Positions 7,872 through 17,287 of a stretch of 47,478 bases of DNA are shown one piece after another. Source of the DNA: Candidatus Aenigmatarchaeota archaeon (lineage in GTDB: Archaea > Aenigmatarchaeota > Aenigmatarchaeia > QMZP01); assembly GCA_016782405.1 (NCBI GenBank), contig JADHYO010000001.1, positions 1-47,478 on the forward strand. Reading direction: 5' to 3'. The notes under the pieces are model-generated. The model was not told the origin of the DNA. It did not search any database and was given only the letters and a program-made list of their open reading frames with translations. How positions within the stretch are numbered: the first letter of the stretch is position 1; each line of letters begins with the position of its first letter. The position numbers were made by a program, and so were the translations under genes.

Positions 7872-10229
7872 TTACTCGCCCACGAACTCTCCGTTTTCAA
7901 CGCTCCAGTCGTTGCCGAAGAATCCAGCGAACTTGACATTGCCATTTTCTTTGTCCAGCATACTGATATCAGCTATCACCAGGTCCGGATACCCGATCCC
8001 TGCTGTGAATATTGGAAACATTCCAGCCATCCTCATTCCCTTGGCTGTTGTGCCGGAAACAACCCCCACAAGGGATGTATCGCATCCAGGTTTTGGCCTC
8101 ACTAACAAGACAGCCAAGTCACCCGTTAACTCTCGTTTGTTTCTAACCTTTACAGTGGAGCCCACCTGCACAGGGCTTCCTCCAAGAAGCCCTTCCCAGG
8201 CAGAGTTGGTTCTGGAATTCCCGTAGAGGATGATGTTGCCATACCCTGGCTTGTACTCCTCGTCTGGGATGAGGGGGAAGTTTCCATTCCCATGGTAGAA
8301 GAAGGTTTCCTGGTGGAATCTGGCAGCTTCGAAGTTTGCCTTGCTCTCCTCATCAGAACCCTGAGTCCCATACACAAGGACAGCCTCGTTGGTAAATGCC
8401 TCCTTGAATGGGCCTGTCCGGAGTGATGATTTCTCAGACTGGGGCGGTCTCCCGGGTGACCATTTTCCACCCTTTTTGCGGAACCATGCTTTGCCAGACA
8501 CCTCAAAGGATTGTTTGTCCAGTCGGACAGTCCCGATGGCATCTACCCAGAGGGCTTGGACATTAGTTGTCGTGACCCGTGCACTGTCCCCGTCCTTGGA
8601 GGCTGTTACCTTGCTCCTTTTATGGAACTTTTTCTGCTGTTCAATCCCAACCCAGTGACACTGGGAGGAAACCCCAGGGTTTGCTGTGGTGAAGCTGATC
8701 TTCTCACCGGTTCCAATTTGTTGCTTCCTGAGGAACTTGAACATCTGTGGCCAGTTAACACATGCCATGAAAGGAATGCCATCCCTTTTCCACCGGTGGG
8801 ATGCGCCTTTCTCTTCGTGGTATTTGAGGTTAGGGTGACCCTTCAGGAGTTTCACCGCCCTCCTTGACCAGTGCACACGGACTGTTCTGTCAAGTTGCCC
8901 GTGGAGAACGTAGACAGGTGTTTTTGAGAGGTTCCCCATCCACAGCTGTTTTATCCTGCTTTGAGAGCAAGACCTCCAGAGGATTTCTCCTGTGCGGGAG
9001 GATCGAAAATTCAGTTTCGGTTCTTCAAGGTCCCAAATGGAGAGGTACCCACCCGAGGGTCCGCCCGCAGCAAACATTCCAGGATACCATGCCATGAATG
9101 CCCAGGCCCCGTGGCCGCCCATACCAAGTCCGCAGATATAAATCTTTTTCGGGTCATGGGGGAGCTGCCTCTTGGCATCTTCCAGGGCCTCGAGGACATC
9201 CAGTCGTCCCCAGTCCTCATAACTGAAACCAATGGGCCTCCTATTCATGGGTGCCACAATGTGACACCATTTCTTTCTGGGAAGCATGTCGCAGATGTCC
9301 TTTGTACCCCGGCCAGAATCGTGACATGCAACCAGGATTCCTGCCCCCTCCGGGTTCTTGGCTGGGGTGATCCTGTAACTTTGGATACTCCCATCCACTG
9401 AGCTTCTGAAGGTCTTCCTTATCACAACCCTCTTTGCTTTGGGGTTCACCACCTCCAGGGGAACCTCAAGTGAATCCAGCACCTCCTCACTGTTTTTTAA
9501 TTCCAGGTGAAGTGTTGCCTTATTCGAGGCCGGGGCCTTGATCCGGAAGGATGCCCTGGAAATGGAATGCTCGTGGATTGGGTGGATGCTGGTCTCCACC
9601 TCCCTGTCACCAACACGGGCAAGAATCTTCAATCCAGTGAGCCTATCACCAGCATTAATGATATCAACCCCGCCCCAGCCACTATATTTGCGGCCAGATA
9701 TGAGGGATGGTAGGGTTGGTTCCCACTTGGATTTGTTCACGAAGCTGAGGGACACTTCCTTCTCCACGGGCTTCAACGTTGCTTTGAACCCATTCCCTTT
9801 TCGCACAAGGAAAAGGAGGTGGTTCGTTCCCTCCTTGAGCTTTACAGGGATTGGTACTCTCCCCTCATCAGAGACACCGTAATGCGGGTTTCCCATCCTG
9901 GGCGTCCCGTTCACAAACACATGGGAGTGGCCGCCGGCCTCCAGTATCATCACCTTTTCCTGGTCAGAGTCAACTTCGAAGTGGAGGTAGCAGTCTACTC
10001 TGAACTTTTCCCCCTTCCTGATTTCTATAGGCCCCCATTCTGCACTGCCTATATCAAGCAATTTCTCATCCTTAAACAGTTTACCCTGAAGGAGACTGTG
10101 TTCCACAAGGTCCATCCGAATCTGGTTGAGGTCCTTGTAAACTCCTGCAATCGCTTCCCCTTCTACTAGGGGAATGTCTTGGCTGCTGGAAACGCCACAT
10201 AGCAGCGCCAATAAAACAATGATTCCCAT
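7872..10229 (-). CDS. Secreted alpha/beta-hydrolase (prolyl oligopeptidase/esterase-like), nucleophile Ser absent
   Basis: Signal peptide; RRPIGFSYEDWGRLD; GLGMGGHG at the GxSxG position; LHGQLD (Asp); GASHRW (His). Confidence 0.8.
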   Translation of the reverse strand: MGIIVLLALLCGVSSSQDIPLVEGEAIAGVYKDLNQIRMDLVEHSLLQGKLFKDEKLLDIGSAEWGPIEIRKGEKFRVDCYLHFEVDSDQEKVMILEAGGHSHVFVNGTPRMGNPHYGVSDEGRVPIPVKLKEGTNHLLFLVRKGNGFKATLKPVEKEVSLSFVNKSKWEPTLPSLISGRKYSGWGGVDIINAGDRLTGLKILARVGDREVETSIHPIHEHSISRASFRIKAPASNKATLHLELKNSEEVLDSLEVPLEVVNPKAKRVVIRKTFRSSVDGSIQSYRITPAKNPEGAGILVACHDSGRGTKDICDMLPRKKWCHIVAPMNRRPIGFSYEDWGRLDVLEALEDAKRQLPHDPKKIYICGLGMGGHGAWAFMAWYPGMFAAGGPSGGYLSIWDLEEPKLNFRSSRTGEILWRSCSQSRIKQLWMGNLSKTPVYVLHGQLDRTVRVHWSRRAVKLLKGHPNLKYHEEKGASHRWKRDGIPFMACVNWPQMFKFLRKQQIGTGEKISFTTANPGVSSQCHWVGIEQQKKFHKRSKVTASKDGDSARVTTTNVQALWVDAIGTVRLDKQSFEVSGKAWFRKKGGKWSPGRPPQSEKSSLRTGPFKEAFTNEAVLVYGTQGSDEESKANFEAARFHQETFFYHGNGNFPLIPDEEYKPGYGNIILYGNSRTNSAWEGLLGGSPVQVGSTVKVRNKRELTGDLAVLLVRPKPGCDTSLVGVVSGTTAKGMRMAGMFPIFTAGIGYPDLVIADISMLDKENGNVKFAGFFGNDWSVENGEFVGE

Positions 10230-10518
10230 TGGGGATTCCTTTCACTGTGAATCATTATCCAAGAAAGTAATAACTAATCAAAACTCCTACCCCAGTCTTC
10301 AGCCAATTACCAAAGTCTAGGTTTTACGCACGAAATTTATTGAGGGATATGAGCATGATATCGGTTATTTGGTGAAAAACTTTAAAGGTTTGGCATTATC
10401 CTCAGTGTTCCATGGGAAAAATGGCTGTTAGCAGTGCAATTGCTGCTGAAAATGCAGAATCGCTGGAAGTTTTATATTTCCAAACACTAAGAATTTTAGA
10501 TAGGATTTTTGTGATTAT

Positions 10519-11148
10519 ATGGCGTTCAAGGGTCTAAAGAAATTACTGGACAGGATTTCATCGCTTTTCAAGAAGAAGGGCGAGTTGAAGATTGGGCTTT
10601 ACGGGCCAGTGAACTCTGGAAAGACCACCCTAGCGAACAAGATATGCAAGGACTGGCTTGGGGAGGACATGGGAAAAGCTTCCATAGTTCCACATGAAAC
10701 AAGGGAAATTCAAACAAAGGAGAATGTTAAGATAGAACGTGACGGCAAATCCCTAACGTTCAACCTGGTGGACACCCCTGGGATTGCAACAAGGATTGAT
10801 TTTGAGGATTTTGTAAAGTTCGGGATGGGGAAGAAGAAAGCCAAATCCCGAGCTAAAGAGGCCACCAAAGGCGTTATTGAATCAATCAAGTGGTTGGACA
10901 ACATGGACATGGTGTTGGTAGTGGTTGACTCAACAAGAGACCCGCTCACCCAGGTGAACCTTACAATCCTTGGAAACCTTGATGCTAGAGGGGTTCCTTT
11001 TCTGATTGTGGCAAACAAGGCAGATCTCAAGCAGTCCCAGCTGAAGCGTGTGGAAGAAGCATTCCAGAATTATAGGACAGTTGGGATTTCAGCGAGGACA
11101 GGTCACCGGCTTGAGAATCTATATGACGCAGTACTGGAGACAGTATGA
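10519..11148 (+). CDS. oapA: Era-like GTPase (origin-associated protein A)
   Basis: GPVNSGKT, DTPG, NKAD, ISA motifs; EATKGVIESIKWLD signature; first gene of an oapABC-type cluster. Confidence 0.85.
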   Translation: MAFKGLKKLLDRISSLFKKKGELKIGLYGPVNSGKTTLANKICKDWLGEDMGKASIVPHETREIQTKENVKIERDGKSLTFNLVDTPGIATRIDFEDFVKFGMGKKKAKSRAKEATKGVIESIKWLDNMDMVLVVVDSTRDPLTQVNLTILGNLDARGVPFLIVANKADLKQSQLKRVEEAFQNYRTVGISARTGHRLENLYDAVLETV

Positions 11149-11483
11149 TAAAGATAAAGTTCATCCCATATGAAATTGTCAGGGACGATTTCAAGAAGGT
11201 AATGCGCGCCCTCCAGAGGGAGGCCTTGGTTCTAATTGACGCGAAGCTGAATCCTGAGGAAGAAGCAGATTTGATTAAAAATACAATGGAGAAGTTCTCT
11301 GAGCAGTTCACTGGGATAGAACTTTCAAGCATTGAGGCACCAGAGCTTGGCAATGTTGATAAGTTCAAGAACCTGCTTGTGGAGCGGTTAACCGGGAAGA
11401 AGAGGGGCTTCACAATTATCGGCCCTGCAGGGATTGTTAGAAAAATCAAGAAGAATCCCCAGGAGCTTCTTGTTTACATGTGA
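11145..11483 (+). CDS. oapB: DUF2073-family protein (OapB)
   Basis: L.PEEEA.LI..TM......FTGIE and GFTIIGPA motifs. ATGA overlap with oapA. Confidence 0.82.
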   Translation: MIKIKFIPYEIVRDDFKKVMRALQREALVLIDAKLNPEEEADLIKNTMEKFSEQFTGIELSSIEAPELGNVDKFKNLLVERLTGKKRGFTIIGPAGIVRKIKKNPQELLVYM

Positions 11484-11521
11484 ACACATATAAATATAAA
11501 CCAGGACAGCAAAAACTTCTC

Positions 11522-11986
11522 ATGGAGATCCGAAAAGCCACAGCAGGGGATTTAGAGCAGCTGGCTCTTCTGAACCAAAATCTTGTTTTAGAGCACGTTG
11601 AAATTGACAATTATTATTCAACAGTTGACAATGCTGACTCCCTGTGGAGGGAGGACATAGAAAAACACCTGAATGATCCGGAGAGCGGTTTGTTTGTGGC
11701 TGAAGAAAACAAAAAGATAATCGGATATATCATGGGCTCCATAAGAGAAAGATACAAAATCTTCTCTGCAAGGCGCTACGCAGAGATATGGTCATCCTTT
11801 GTGGACAAGGAATTCAGGCATCAGGGAGCAATGAAAGAGCTCTTCTCCTGCTTCAGGGAGTGGGCGAAGGAAAATGGTGTGGAGCTAATAGAGCTACACA
11901 CTGACCTTAGGAACAAGGAAGTTTTTGAGGCATGGAAATCCCTGGGCTTTGAGCACATCCGGGCTCAGATGAGAATGAGCGTGTGA
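11522..11986 (+). CDS. GNAT family N-acetyltransferase
   Basis: MEIRKAT..DL start, FVAE, FVDKEFRHQG acetyl-CoA motif, W..LGF end. Own TATAAATA at 11489-11496. Confidence 0.88.
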   Translation: MEIRKATAGDLEQLALLNQNLVLEHVEIDNYYSTVDNADSLWREDIEKHLNDPESGLFVAEENKKIIGYIMGSIRERYKIFSARRYAEIWSSFVDKEFRHQGAMKELFSCFREWAKENGVELIELHTDLRNKEVFEAWKSLGFEHIRAQMRMSV

Positions 11987-12029
11987 TTTCTCAGCTCAAT
12001 AATAAAAACCTACAGTAACAGAATAAAGT

Positions 12030-12416
12030 ATGCCCAATAAATGCACCCAGTGCGGGACTATCCATCCTGATACAGCAGACTATCTGCTGAAAGGCTGCAA
12101 TGAATGTGGTTCTCGTTTTTTCTTTTACGTGAAGGAAGAGGCGCTCCAGCAGCTTGAGAGGGAAGTTGAGAAGCTAACCACAACAGAAATCAAGGAAATA
12201 GAAGAGGATGTCCGCGAAATCACTGGGGAGGAAGAAGAAACTGTTATCCTGGACTTGGAGGCTATACGAGTCCTCAGGCCAGGGAAGTATGCAATTGATG
12301 TTACAAACCTTTTCAAGCAAAGACCGCTTGTAATCCGAACAGCTGAGGGCAAATACAAGCTCGACCTTTCAACAATTTCTTTCAGAAAAAAAGGCAAAAA
12401 GAAGAAGGAAGAATAA
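12030..12416 (+). CDS. oapC: DUF2072 Zn-ribbon protein (OapC)
   Basis: MPNKCTQCG...LLKGCNECGSRFF, E.IRVLRPGKY.ID...LF and EGKY motifs. Confidence 0.85.
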   Translation: MPNKCTQCGTIHPDTADYLLKGCNECGSRFFFYVKEEALQQLEREVEKLTTTEIKEIEEDVREITGEEEETVILDLEAIRVLRPGKYAIDVTNLFKQRPLVIRTAEGKYKLDLSTISFRKKGKKKKEE

Positions 12417-12417
12417 A

Positions 12418-12569
12418 TGCGCCGGGTGAGGTTTCCGTCACCTTTTGGGTGCAGCCTTTTCCTAAAAGGGTGCATCGAACTCACATCGCAGGCTTGGAAG
12501 GCTTAAACCACTCATAGATTGCTCTCGTATTTTCCAAGTGTCTGTGTCCTACCATTAGACTACCGGCGC
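12418..12569 (-). tRNA. tRNA-Gly(TCC) with two introns (29/30: 12503-12541; 59/60: 12432-12473)
   Basis: Acceptor GCGCCGG/CCGGCGC. Spliced anticodon arm CAGGC-CTTCCAA-GCCTG and T arm GTGAG-TTCGATC-CTCAC. BHB-like motifs at both junctions. Confidence 0.9.
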
Positions 12570-12610
12570 TTGTTCTAGAATTAGATAAAAATGTTTATTA
12601 AAGGCGTAGA

Positions 12611-13219
12611 TTAGAACTTGAAGTTGAATTCCTCGAACTCGTCAACGTCATCTTCCTCGTTTTCTGGGGGCTTTTTGGCCGAAGGATTCTTCTCCTTTCT
12701 CGCGGGTTTTGGCTGCTCCTCTGGTCTTTCCTCTGCAGGCTCTGGTATCCTCTCTTCCAACTCCTCTCCGATGGTTTCTTGTTCTGTGTTTGTGGAAGCG
12801 CCCTTGATTACAGCCACAACCTTGTCCAGGCTTTTTTCATCCATTTTCCTGACTGGGAGCATTGCTTCCAAAGCAGCGGGGCCCTCATTCAAGAACCTTG
12901 GAATAAGATGGAAATGTACATGCCCAACCACCTGGCCAGCTGCAGAGCCATTGTTCTGGCAGATTGAAAGGCCATGCGCCTTGGTTCCGTTCTTTACTTT
13001 GACAGCTATTTTTTTGAGGGAGGCAAAGAGCTTGGAGCCTTCAGCATCGGGCAGGTCAAAAATAGTTTCAGCATGTTTCTTTGGAATTAGAAGAGTGTGG
13101 CCTGGATTGCGTGGGTTGATGTCTAAGAAAGCAAGTGAGACCTGATCCTCATAAACCTTCTTTGCAGGAATTTCCCCTGCTATAATCCTGCAAAACAGGC
13201 ATTGCTTTTGGTCTACCAT
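12611..13219 (-). CDS. HIT family hydrolase with acidic C-terminal tail
   Basis: CLFC, AFLDINP..PGHTL, HVHFHL histidine triad. Confidence 0.92.
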   Translation of the reverse strand: MVDQKQCLFCRIIAGEIPAKKVYEDQVSLAFLDINPRNPGHTLLIPKKHAETIFDLPDAEGSKLFASLKKIAVKVKNGTKAHGLSICQNNGSAAGQVVGHVHFHLIPRFLNEGPAALEAMLPVRKMDEKSLDKVVAVIKGASTNTEQETIGEELEERIPEPAEERPEEQPKPARKEKNPSAKKPPENEEDDVDEFEEFNFKF

Positions 13220-13249
13220 GAAAAGTTTTTTGCTTTCTATACTTAAATA

Positions 13250-13408
13250 TGGGGCTGCCCGGAAACACAAGAGAGACTACTTGCCTTGATTTGTCAATGC
13301 AGTCAACCCTTTTTGAACCGGGGTCTACGGCTATTTCTCAGAGAGACGCTCCAAGGAGTGTCAGACTGTCCCAAAGCCGCGATGCTAACCAAGCTACACC
13401 ACAGCCCC
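13250..13408 (-). tRNA. tRNA-Pro(TGG) with two introns (37/38: 13333-13369; 59/60: 13264-13311)
   Basis: Acceptor GGGGCTG/CAGCCCC. Spliced anticodon arm GCGGC-TTTGGGA-GCCGT and T arm CCCGG-TTCAAAT-CCGGG. Relaxed BHB motifs. Confidence 0.9.
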
Positions 13409-13460
13409 GTCACACGTATATATCTTTTTTTGTTCTTAAAAATACCTGCTAAGGTGTATT

Positions 13461-14942
13461 ATGAGCTATAGACCCATTATAATCGCAAATCGATGCCCTC
13501 CCTACCGAGAAGGGGAGCAGGCAGCTGGCGGCTTAACAGCTGCATTCAGAAACTATATAGAATCCGGGGACCTGACCTGGATAGGCTTGGCAATGGGTGA
13601 TAATGGCGATGGTCTAGTGGATGGGGTGGATAGTATTGAGGTTAGGCCTGGCTACAAGATCCGTTTTGTCTATCGTGACCAAAGAGGAATGGAACAATAT
13701 TACAGTGGGCTATCAAATGGCTTCATCTGGCCTATAACACATATGGATGAACAGAACCTAATCAATCTTCCCTATTACCCTAAACCTGTCTTTAATTGCC
13801 GTGATTTCATGGAGTATGAATGGACAAGTCGTTCATGTTTTTCTGTTGCTGCGATAGATGAGGTGAAATCACTGAAGGAGGTGGGCATCAATAACATATC
13901 TATTTTTATACAGGATTATCATCATTACAGACTTCCAGAACATATCAAGACAGAATTGGGGAATCTCGGTATCAAGGGCGTGAAAATAGCTCATTTCATT
14001 CATACACCGTTTCCCAGATGCAACATTGTCAAGGAAATATTCAAGACAGATAGGGCTACTGAAAAGGATGAACTCCATCATTACGGTCTCCTTATCTCCG
14101 GGATACTACATGCAGACCTTATAGGGTTTCATATTCCCAGATATGTTCAAAATTTCCTTGGGACAGTTAGGGAGTTTTTCCCTGAAGCGGAAATAAATGA
14201 TCTGGGGGATGGTAAGTATTCTATTCAGAGAGGAGATAATATGGTAGTTGTTGGGGATTATCCGATAGGGCTGGATGTTGACGGGGTTTTGGAGGCTGCT
14301 GCCAATGCAGAAACAGATAGAGGAGCTAGTGCTATTATGAAGATGGAAAGGGATGCAGGAAAGAAGATCATTGTTGGGGCAGAACGCCGTGACTACACTA
14401 AAGGTCATCTCAGGAGGTTTGAAACAATTCATCATGTTAGAAATGACGTTGCATATGTTGCGTTTGCACCTCCCTGCCGAGAAGGTACCAAGGCTTACCA
14501 GGACTATAATAGAGCATTCCTCAAAAAAATTAGGAAGCTGGATCCAGAAAGAAAATTCCTACATGTCTCAGATGAAACACTTTCTCCCTCCCGCACAATC
14601 GCATTATTTAGGGATAGCGACGGGGTTCTAATTAACACACATTCAGATGGAATGAACCTTAATATTTTCGAGGCACCTCTTGCCCAAGAGTCGCTTCTTC
14701 CGAATGATCGCTCTACTGTCTATGTTGGAAATTGTGGAGCTCGGTACCTACTGGAGCAGGCTGGTTTTGGGGTTGAGGACGGGGTGGTATTTGTAAATCC
14801 TTCTGATCCAGAGGAAACTGCCAGGAGAATAAGACAGACCCTTGGTAAGAAACGTATCTCAGACCGCGTAATCAATTGGGTGAAAAGAACCAGGTCTGCA
14901 TCTCTATGGACTGATAAAATCTTAGGCGACCTAATGGACTGA
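13461..14942 (+). CDS. otsA: Trehalose-6-phosphate synthase-like glycosyltransferase (GT20)
   Basis: ANR.P, AGGL, YY.G.SN..IWP..H, QDYH, HFIHTPFP, ADLIGFH, ERRDYTKG, DGMNL motifs. Confidence 0.85.
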   Translation: MSYRPIIIANRCPPYREGEQAAGGLTAAFRNYIESGDLTWIGLAMGDNGDGLVDGVDSIEVRPGYKIRFVYRDQRGMEQYYSGLSNGFIWPITHMDEQNLINLPYYPKPVFNCRDFMEYEWTSRSCFSVAAIDEVKSLKEVGINNISIFIQDYHHYRLPEHIKTELGNLGIKGVKIAHFIHTPFPRCNIVKEIFKTDRATEKDELHHYGLLISGILHADLIGFHIPRYVQNFLGTVREFFPEAEINDLGDGKYSIQRGDNMVVVGDYPIGLDVDGVLEAAANAETDRGASAIMKMERDAGKKIIVGAERRDYTKGHLRRFETIHHVRNDVAYVAFAPPCREGTKAYQDYNRAFLKKIRKLDPERKFLHVSDETLSPSRTIALFRDSDGVLINTHSDGMNLNIFEAPLAQESLLPNDRSTVYVGNCGARYLLEQAGFGVEDGVVFVNPSDPEETARRIRQTLGKKRISDRVINWVKRTRSASLWTDKILGDLMD

Positions 14943-14988
14943 ACCCGTAGGCATGCCATTTTATATTGTCTGGCAGTATATAATCTAT

Positions 14989-15297
14989 ATGGTCTGCTGG
15001 GCTGTCCCTTTAATAGCTACTGTGGTTGGGTTTGTTGCAAGGAAGGCTTCTCGCAGGGGAGGTGTCCATGGGTTTTGGCTGAATATAATGCTTCTTGGTG
15101 GCGCTCTTTTCGGGGCAATAGATCATTTATGGTATGGTGAGCTGTTCATTATCACCGCTAACTGGGGAATGGATTTAGCTTTGGGCGGTGCAATTACTGC
15201 AGGCATAACTGCAGGCTGGGGCGCTATAGTTTTCAAACCCCAAATATCTGGCTCACTGAAGCAGTTGAGCTACTGCCTTGGTATTTTTAGGAAATAA
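14989..15297 (+). CDS. Small membrane protein
   Basis: Three hydrophobic segments; LN.MLLGGALFG.IDHLW.GELF. Confidence 0.75.
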   Translation: MVCWAVPLIATVVGFVARKASRRGGVHGFWLNIMLLGGALFGAIDHLWYGELFIITANWGMDLALGGAITAGITAGWGAIVFKPQISGSLKQLSYCLGIFRK

Positions 15298-15300
15298 GCT
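15269..15300 (+). repeat. 32-bp direct repeat, left copy (3' end of the membrane-protein gene)
   Basis: GCTACTGCCTTGGTATTTTTAGGAAATAAGCT; 30/32 identical to 16014-16045. Confidence 0.9.
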
Positions 15301-15344
15301 GTTTGTTCAGAGAACTTTTTATTGATCTGTGATAAGTAATTGTT

Positions 15345-15698
15345 ATGGAAGAGGTTGCCAAATGGGTTGAAAAGGCAGAGCATGACCTAAATGCTGCTGA
15401 AGTTAACCTAAAAGAAGGTATATATGATGTATCTGCATTCTTTTCACAACAGGCTGCAGAAAAGTCGTTGAAGGCATTATATATATCGAAATATAAAGAA
15501 TTGTGGAAGATTCATGACCTATACGAATTGGCAATTAAGGTTGAAGCTCCAAAAACCATTTCTGACATTTGTGAGAAGTTGACACAGCATTATATAGCCA
15601 CAATGTATCCGAACGATGAAGAATATTCCAAGGAAGATGCAGAGGAGGCGGTTGAACAGGCAAAGAAGGTGATGAAATGGGTAAAAGAGAAATTATAG
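15345..15698 (+). CDS. HEPN domain protein
   Basis: AEHDL..A, F.SQQAAEKSLKA, KIHDL, YIAT.YP motifs. Confidence 0.9.
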   Translation: MEEVAKWVEKAEHDLNAAEVNLKEGIYDVSAFFSQQAAEKSLKALYISKYKELWKIHDLYELAIKVEAPKTISDICEKLTQHYIATMYPNDEEYSKEDAEEAVEQAKKVMKWVKEKL

Positions 15699-15994
15699 AA
15701 AATGTGAAGGAGTTCAAAAAGTCTGCTGAGAAGAAGTTTGCATTAGAAAGGGTTTTCATATTTGGTTCTGCAGCCAGGGGAAAAATGAAGAAAGATAGTG
15801 ATGTTGACCTGCTTCTTGTCAGTAATAAGTTTAAAGGTAAAAAATTCTTTAAGAGGGCCATAGGTCTTAGGGCTCACTGGAAGCTTGATTGTCCTGTTGA
15901 TTTTTTGTGCTACACTCCAAAGGAGTTTGATAAATTAAGGAAAATGGTCACCATAGTAAGGGAAGCTGTCAAGGAAGGAATTGAAATAAATTAG
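15677..15994 (+). CDS. Minimal nucleotidyltransferase (MNT) antitoxin
   Basis: FGSAARG...DSDVD motif; overlaps the HEPN gene. Confidence 0.9.
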   Translation: MGKREIIENVKEFKKSAEKKFALERVFIFGSAARGKMKKDSDVDLLLVSNKFKGKKFFKRAIGLRAHWKLDCPVDFLCYTPKEFDKLRKMVTIVREAVKEGIEIN

Positions 15995-16013
15995 ACCGAA
16001 CATCAACCTATTG

Positions 16014-16045
16014 GCTACTGCCTTGGTATTTTTAGAAAATGAGCT
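16014..16045 (+). repeat. 32-bp direct repeat, right copy
   Basis: GCTACTGCCTTGGTATTTTTAGAAAATGAGCT. Confidence 0.9.
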
Positions 16046-16290
16046 ATTTTTACGCTTGGTAACCTTTAAATTTGTTACCCTCAATTAATAACAAACACAT
16101 CCAGAATTCATACTTCCACAAACTTCATTAAAGCCCACGCAATAGCGGTTCAGAGTGAAACAATTGCTTTGGACAGTTGGCTAGAAGATAGATTGCATCG
16201 TGACGAAAGACATTGAAAGTCTTCGCGGTGTGTTGATTTCTTTAGAAATAATTATGTTTTCGAGGAACTTAATCTGAAAGGACGTGTGAA

Positions 16291-16770
16291 ATGAGAAATT
16301 CGGGTCGAATTGCCATCTGGGAGATACTGCTCTATCTTGTTCTTTTAGCGGGTGTTGTGTTGGGTACTATTGCCATAGTTTCTCGGGAAGCTGATACAGA
16401 AGGCATGAAGAAGGCTGATCTTGGTTGCTGGCTTTTCGAGCCAGCCGATGAGTCATTCGGATTGGTGTTTCGTTCAATAAGGAACAAAACCATACGCCTT
16501 GATTTAGAGACCAAGCCCGGGTGGTGTTCGTTCAATGTTGTTCTCTCAAAGGATGGTTCGGAACTCCAGGTCGTTGTTCCAGTACCCAAGACCTACTCCG
16601 AAAAAAAGGAACTTAAACCTGGGGAAGACATAATCGAGCATGGCAACATCCTCGTGAAATATGTCAAGAAGGAGTGGGGAAAGACTTTCCTTAAAATCAT
16701 TTTTGACAAAGAGGAGCACGACATTGTTCTGCTTCTCTGCGAGGATGAACTGTACTACAAAGTGACGTAG
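16291..16770 (+). CDS. N-terminally anchored hypothetical protein, paralog 1
   Basis: N-terminal TM segment. Shares GC..F..ADES, KEL.PG and LYYK.T with 16813-17286. Confidence 0.75.
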   Translation: MRNSGRIAIWEILLYLVLLAGVVLGTIAIVSREADTEGMKKADLGCWLFEPADESFGLVFRSIRNKTIRLDLETKPGWCSFNVVLSKDGSELQVVVPVPKTYSEKKELKPGEDIIEHGNILVKYVKKEWGKTFLKIIFDKEEHDIVLLLCEDELYYKVT

Positions 16771-16812
16771 CGGTTTCGCTTTTGTTTCTATCAAACTGAA
16801 AGGACGTGCAGA

Positions 16813-17286
16813 ATGAGAATGAATTCGGGTCAAATTTCCAGTGTTGTTTGGCTTCTTCTTGCTGCTCTAGTGATTTTCACTGCCTGTTCGGGGGGAGATC
16901 CTGTAGGAGGCGCGAAGAGGGCTGTCACTGGTTGCAGCTTCTTCAAGTCAGCTGACGAGTCGACCAAGCTGGTGTATTGGTTCATGGTCGACATCAAGGT
17001 GCGCTTCGATCTCCTGGTCGGGGACAATAAGTCGGGGTTTGTGATTGACATGTCTAAGATGGGTTCGAGGCTCTCGGTGGTTGTCACTGACGATGGGGGT
17101 GGCCCACTACCAAAAGAATTGAGGCCCGGGGATTATATGCTAACAAAAGAGAACACAATTTTGAAGTATCTCCGGAAAGATGGCGCAGAAATTTTGTTCA
17201 AAATTACTGTGGGTGAGGAGGAGTACGATCTCACCCTGTTTATCCACAGTAACGACCTGTACTACAAGATAACGGAGGGAGGTTAA
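16813..17286 (+). CDS. Putative lipoprotein, paralog 2
   Basis: Signal peptide with lipobox-like FTAC. Paralog of the previous gene, with the same CTGAAAGGACGTG leader. Confidence 0.75.
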   Translation: MRMNSGQISSVVWLLLAALVIFTACSGGDPVGGAKRAVTGCSFFKSADESTKLVYWFMVDIKVRFDLLVGDNKSGFVIDMSKMGSRLSVVVTDDGGGPLPKELRPGDYMLTKENTILKYLRKDGAEILFKITVGEEEYDLTLFIHSNDLYYKITEGG

Positions 17287-17287
17287 G

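Noticed and set aside
13249..13471. Small + strand ORFs 13249-13452 and 13286-13471
   Set aside because: They are antisense to the intron-containing tRNA-Pro.
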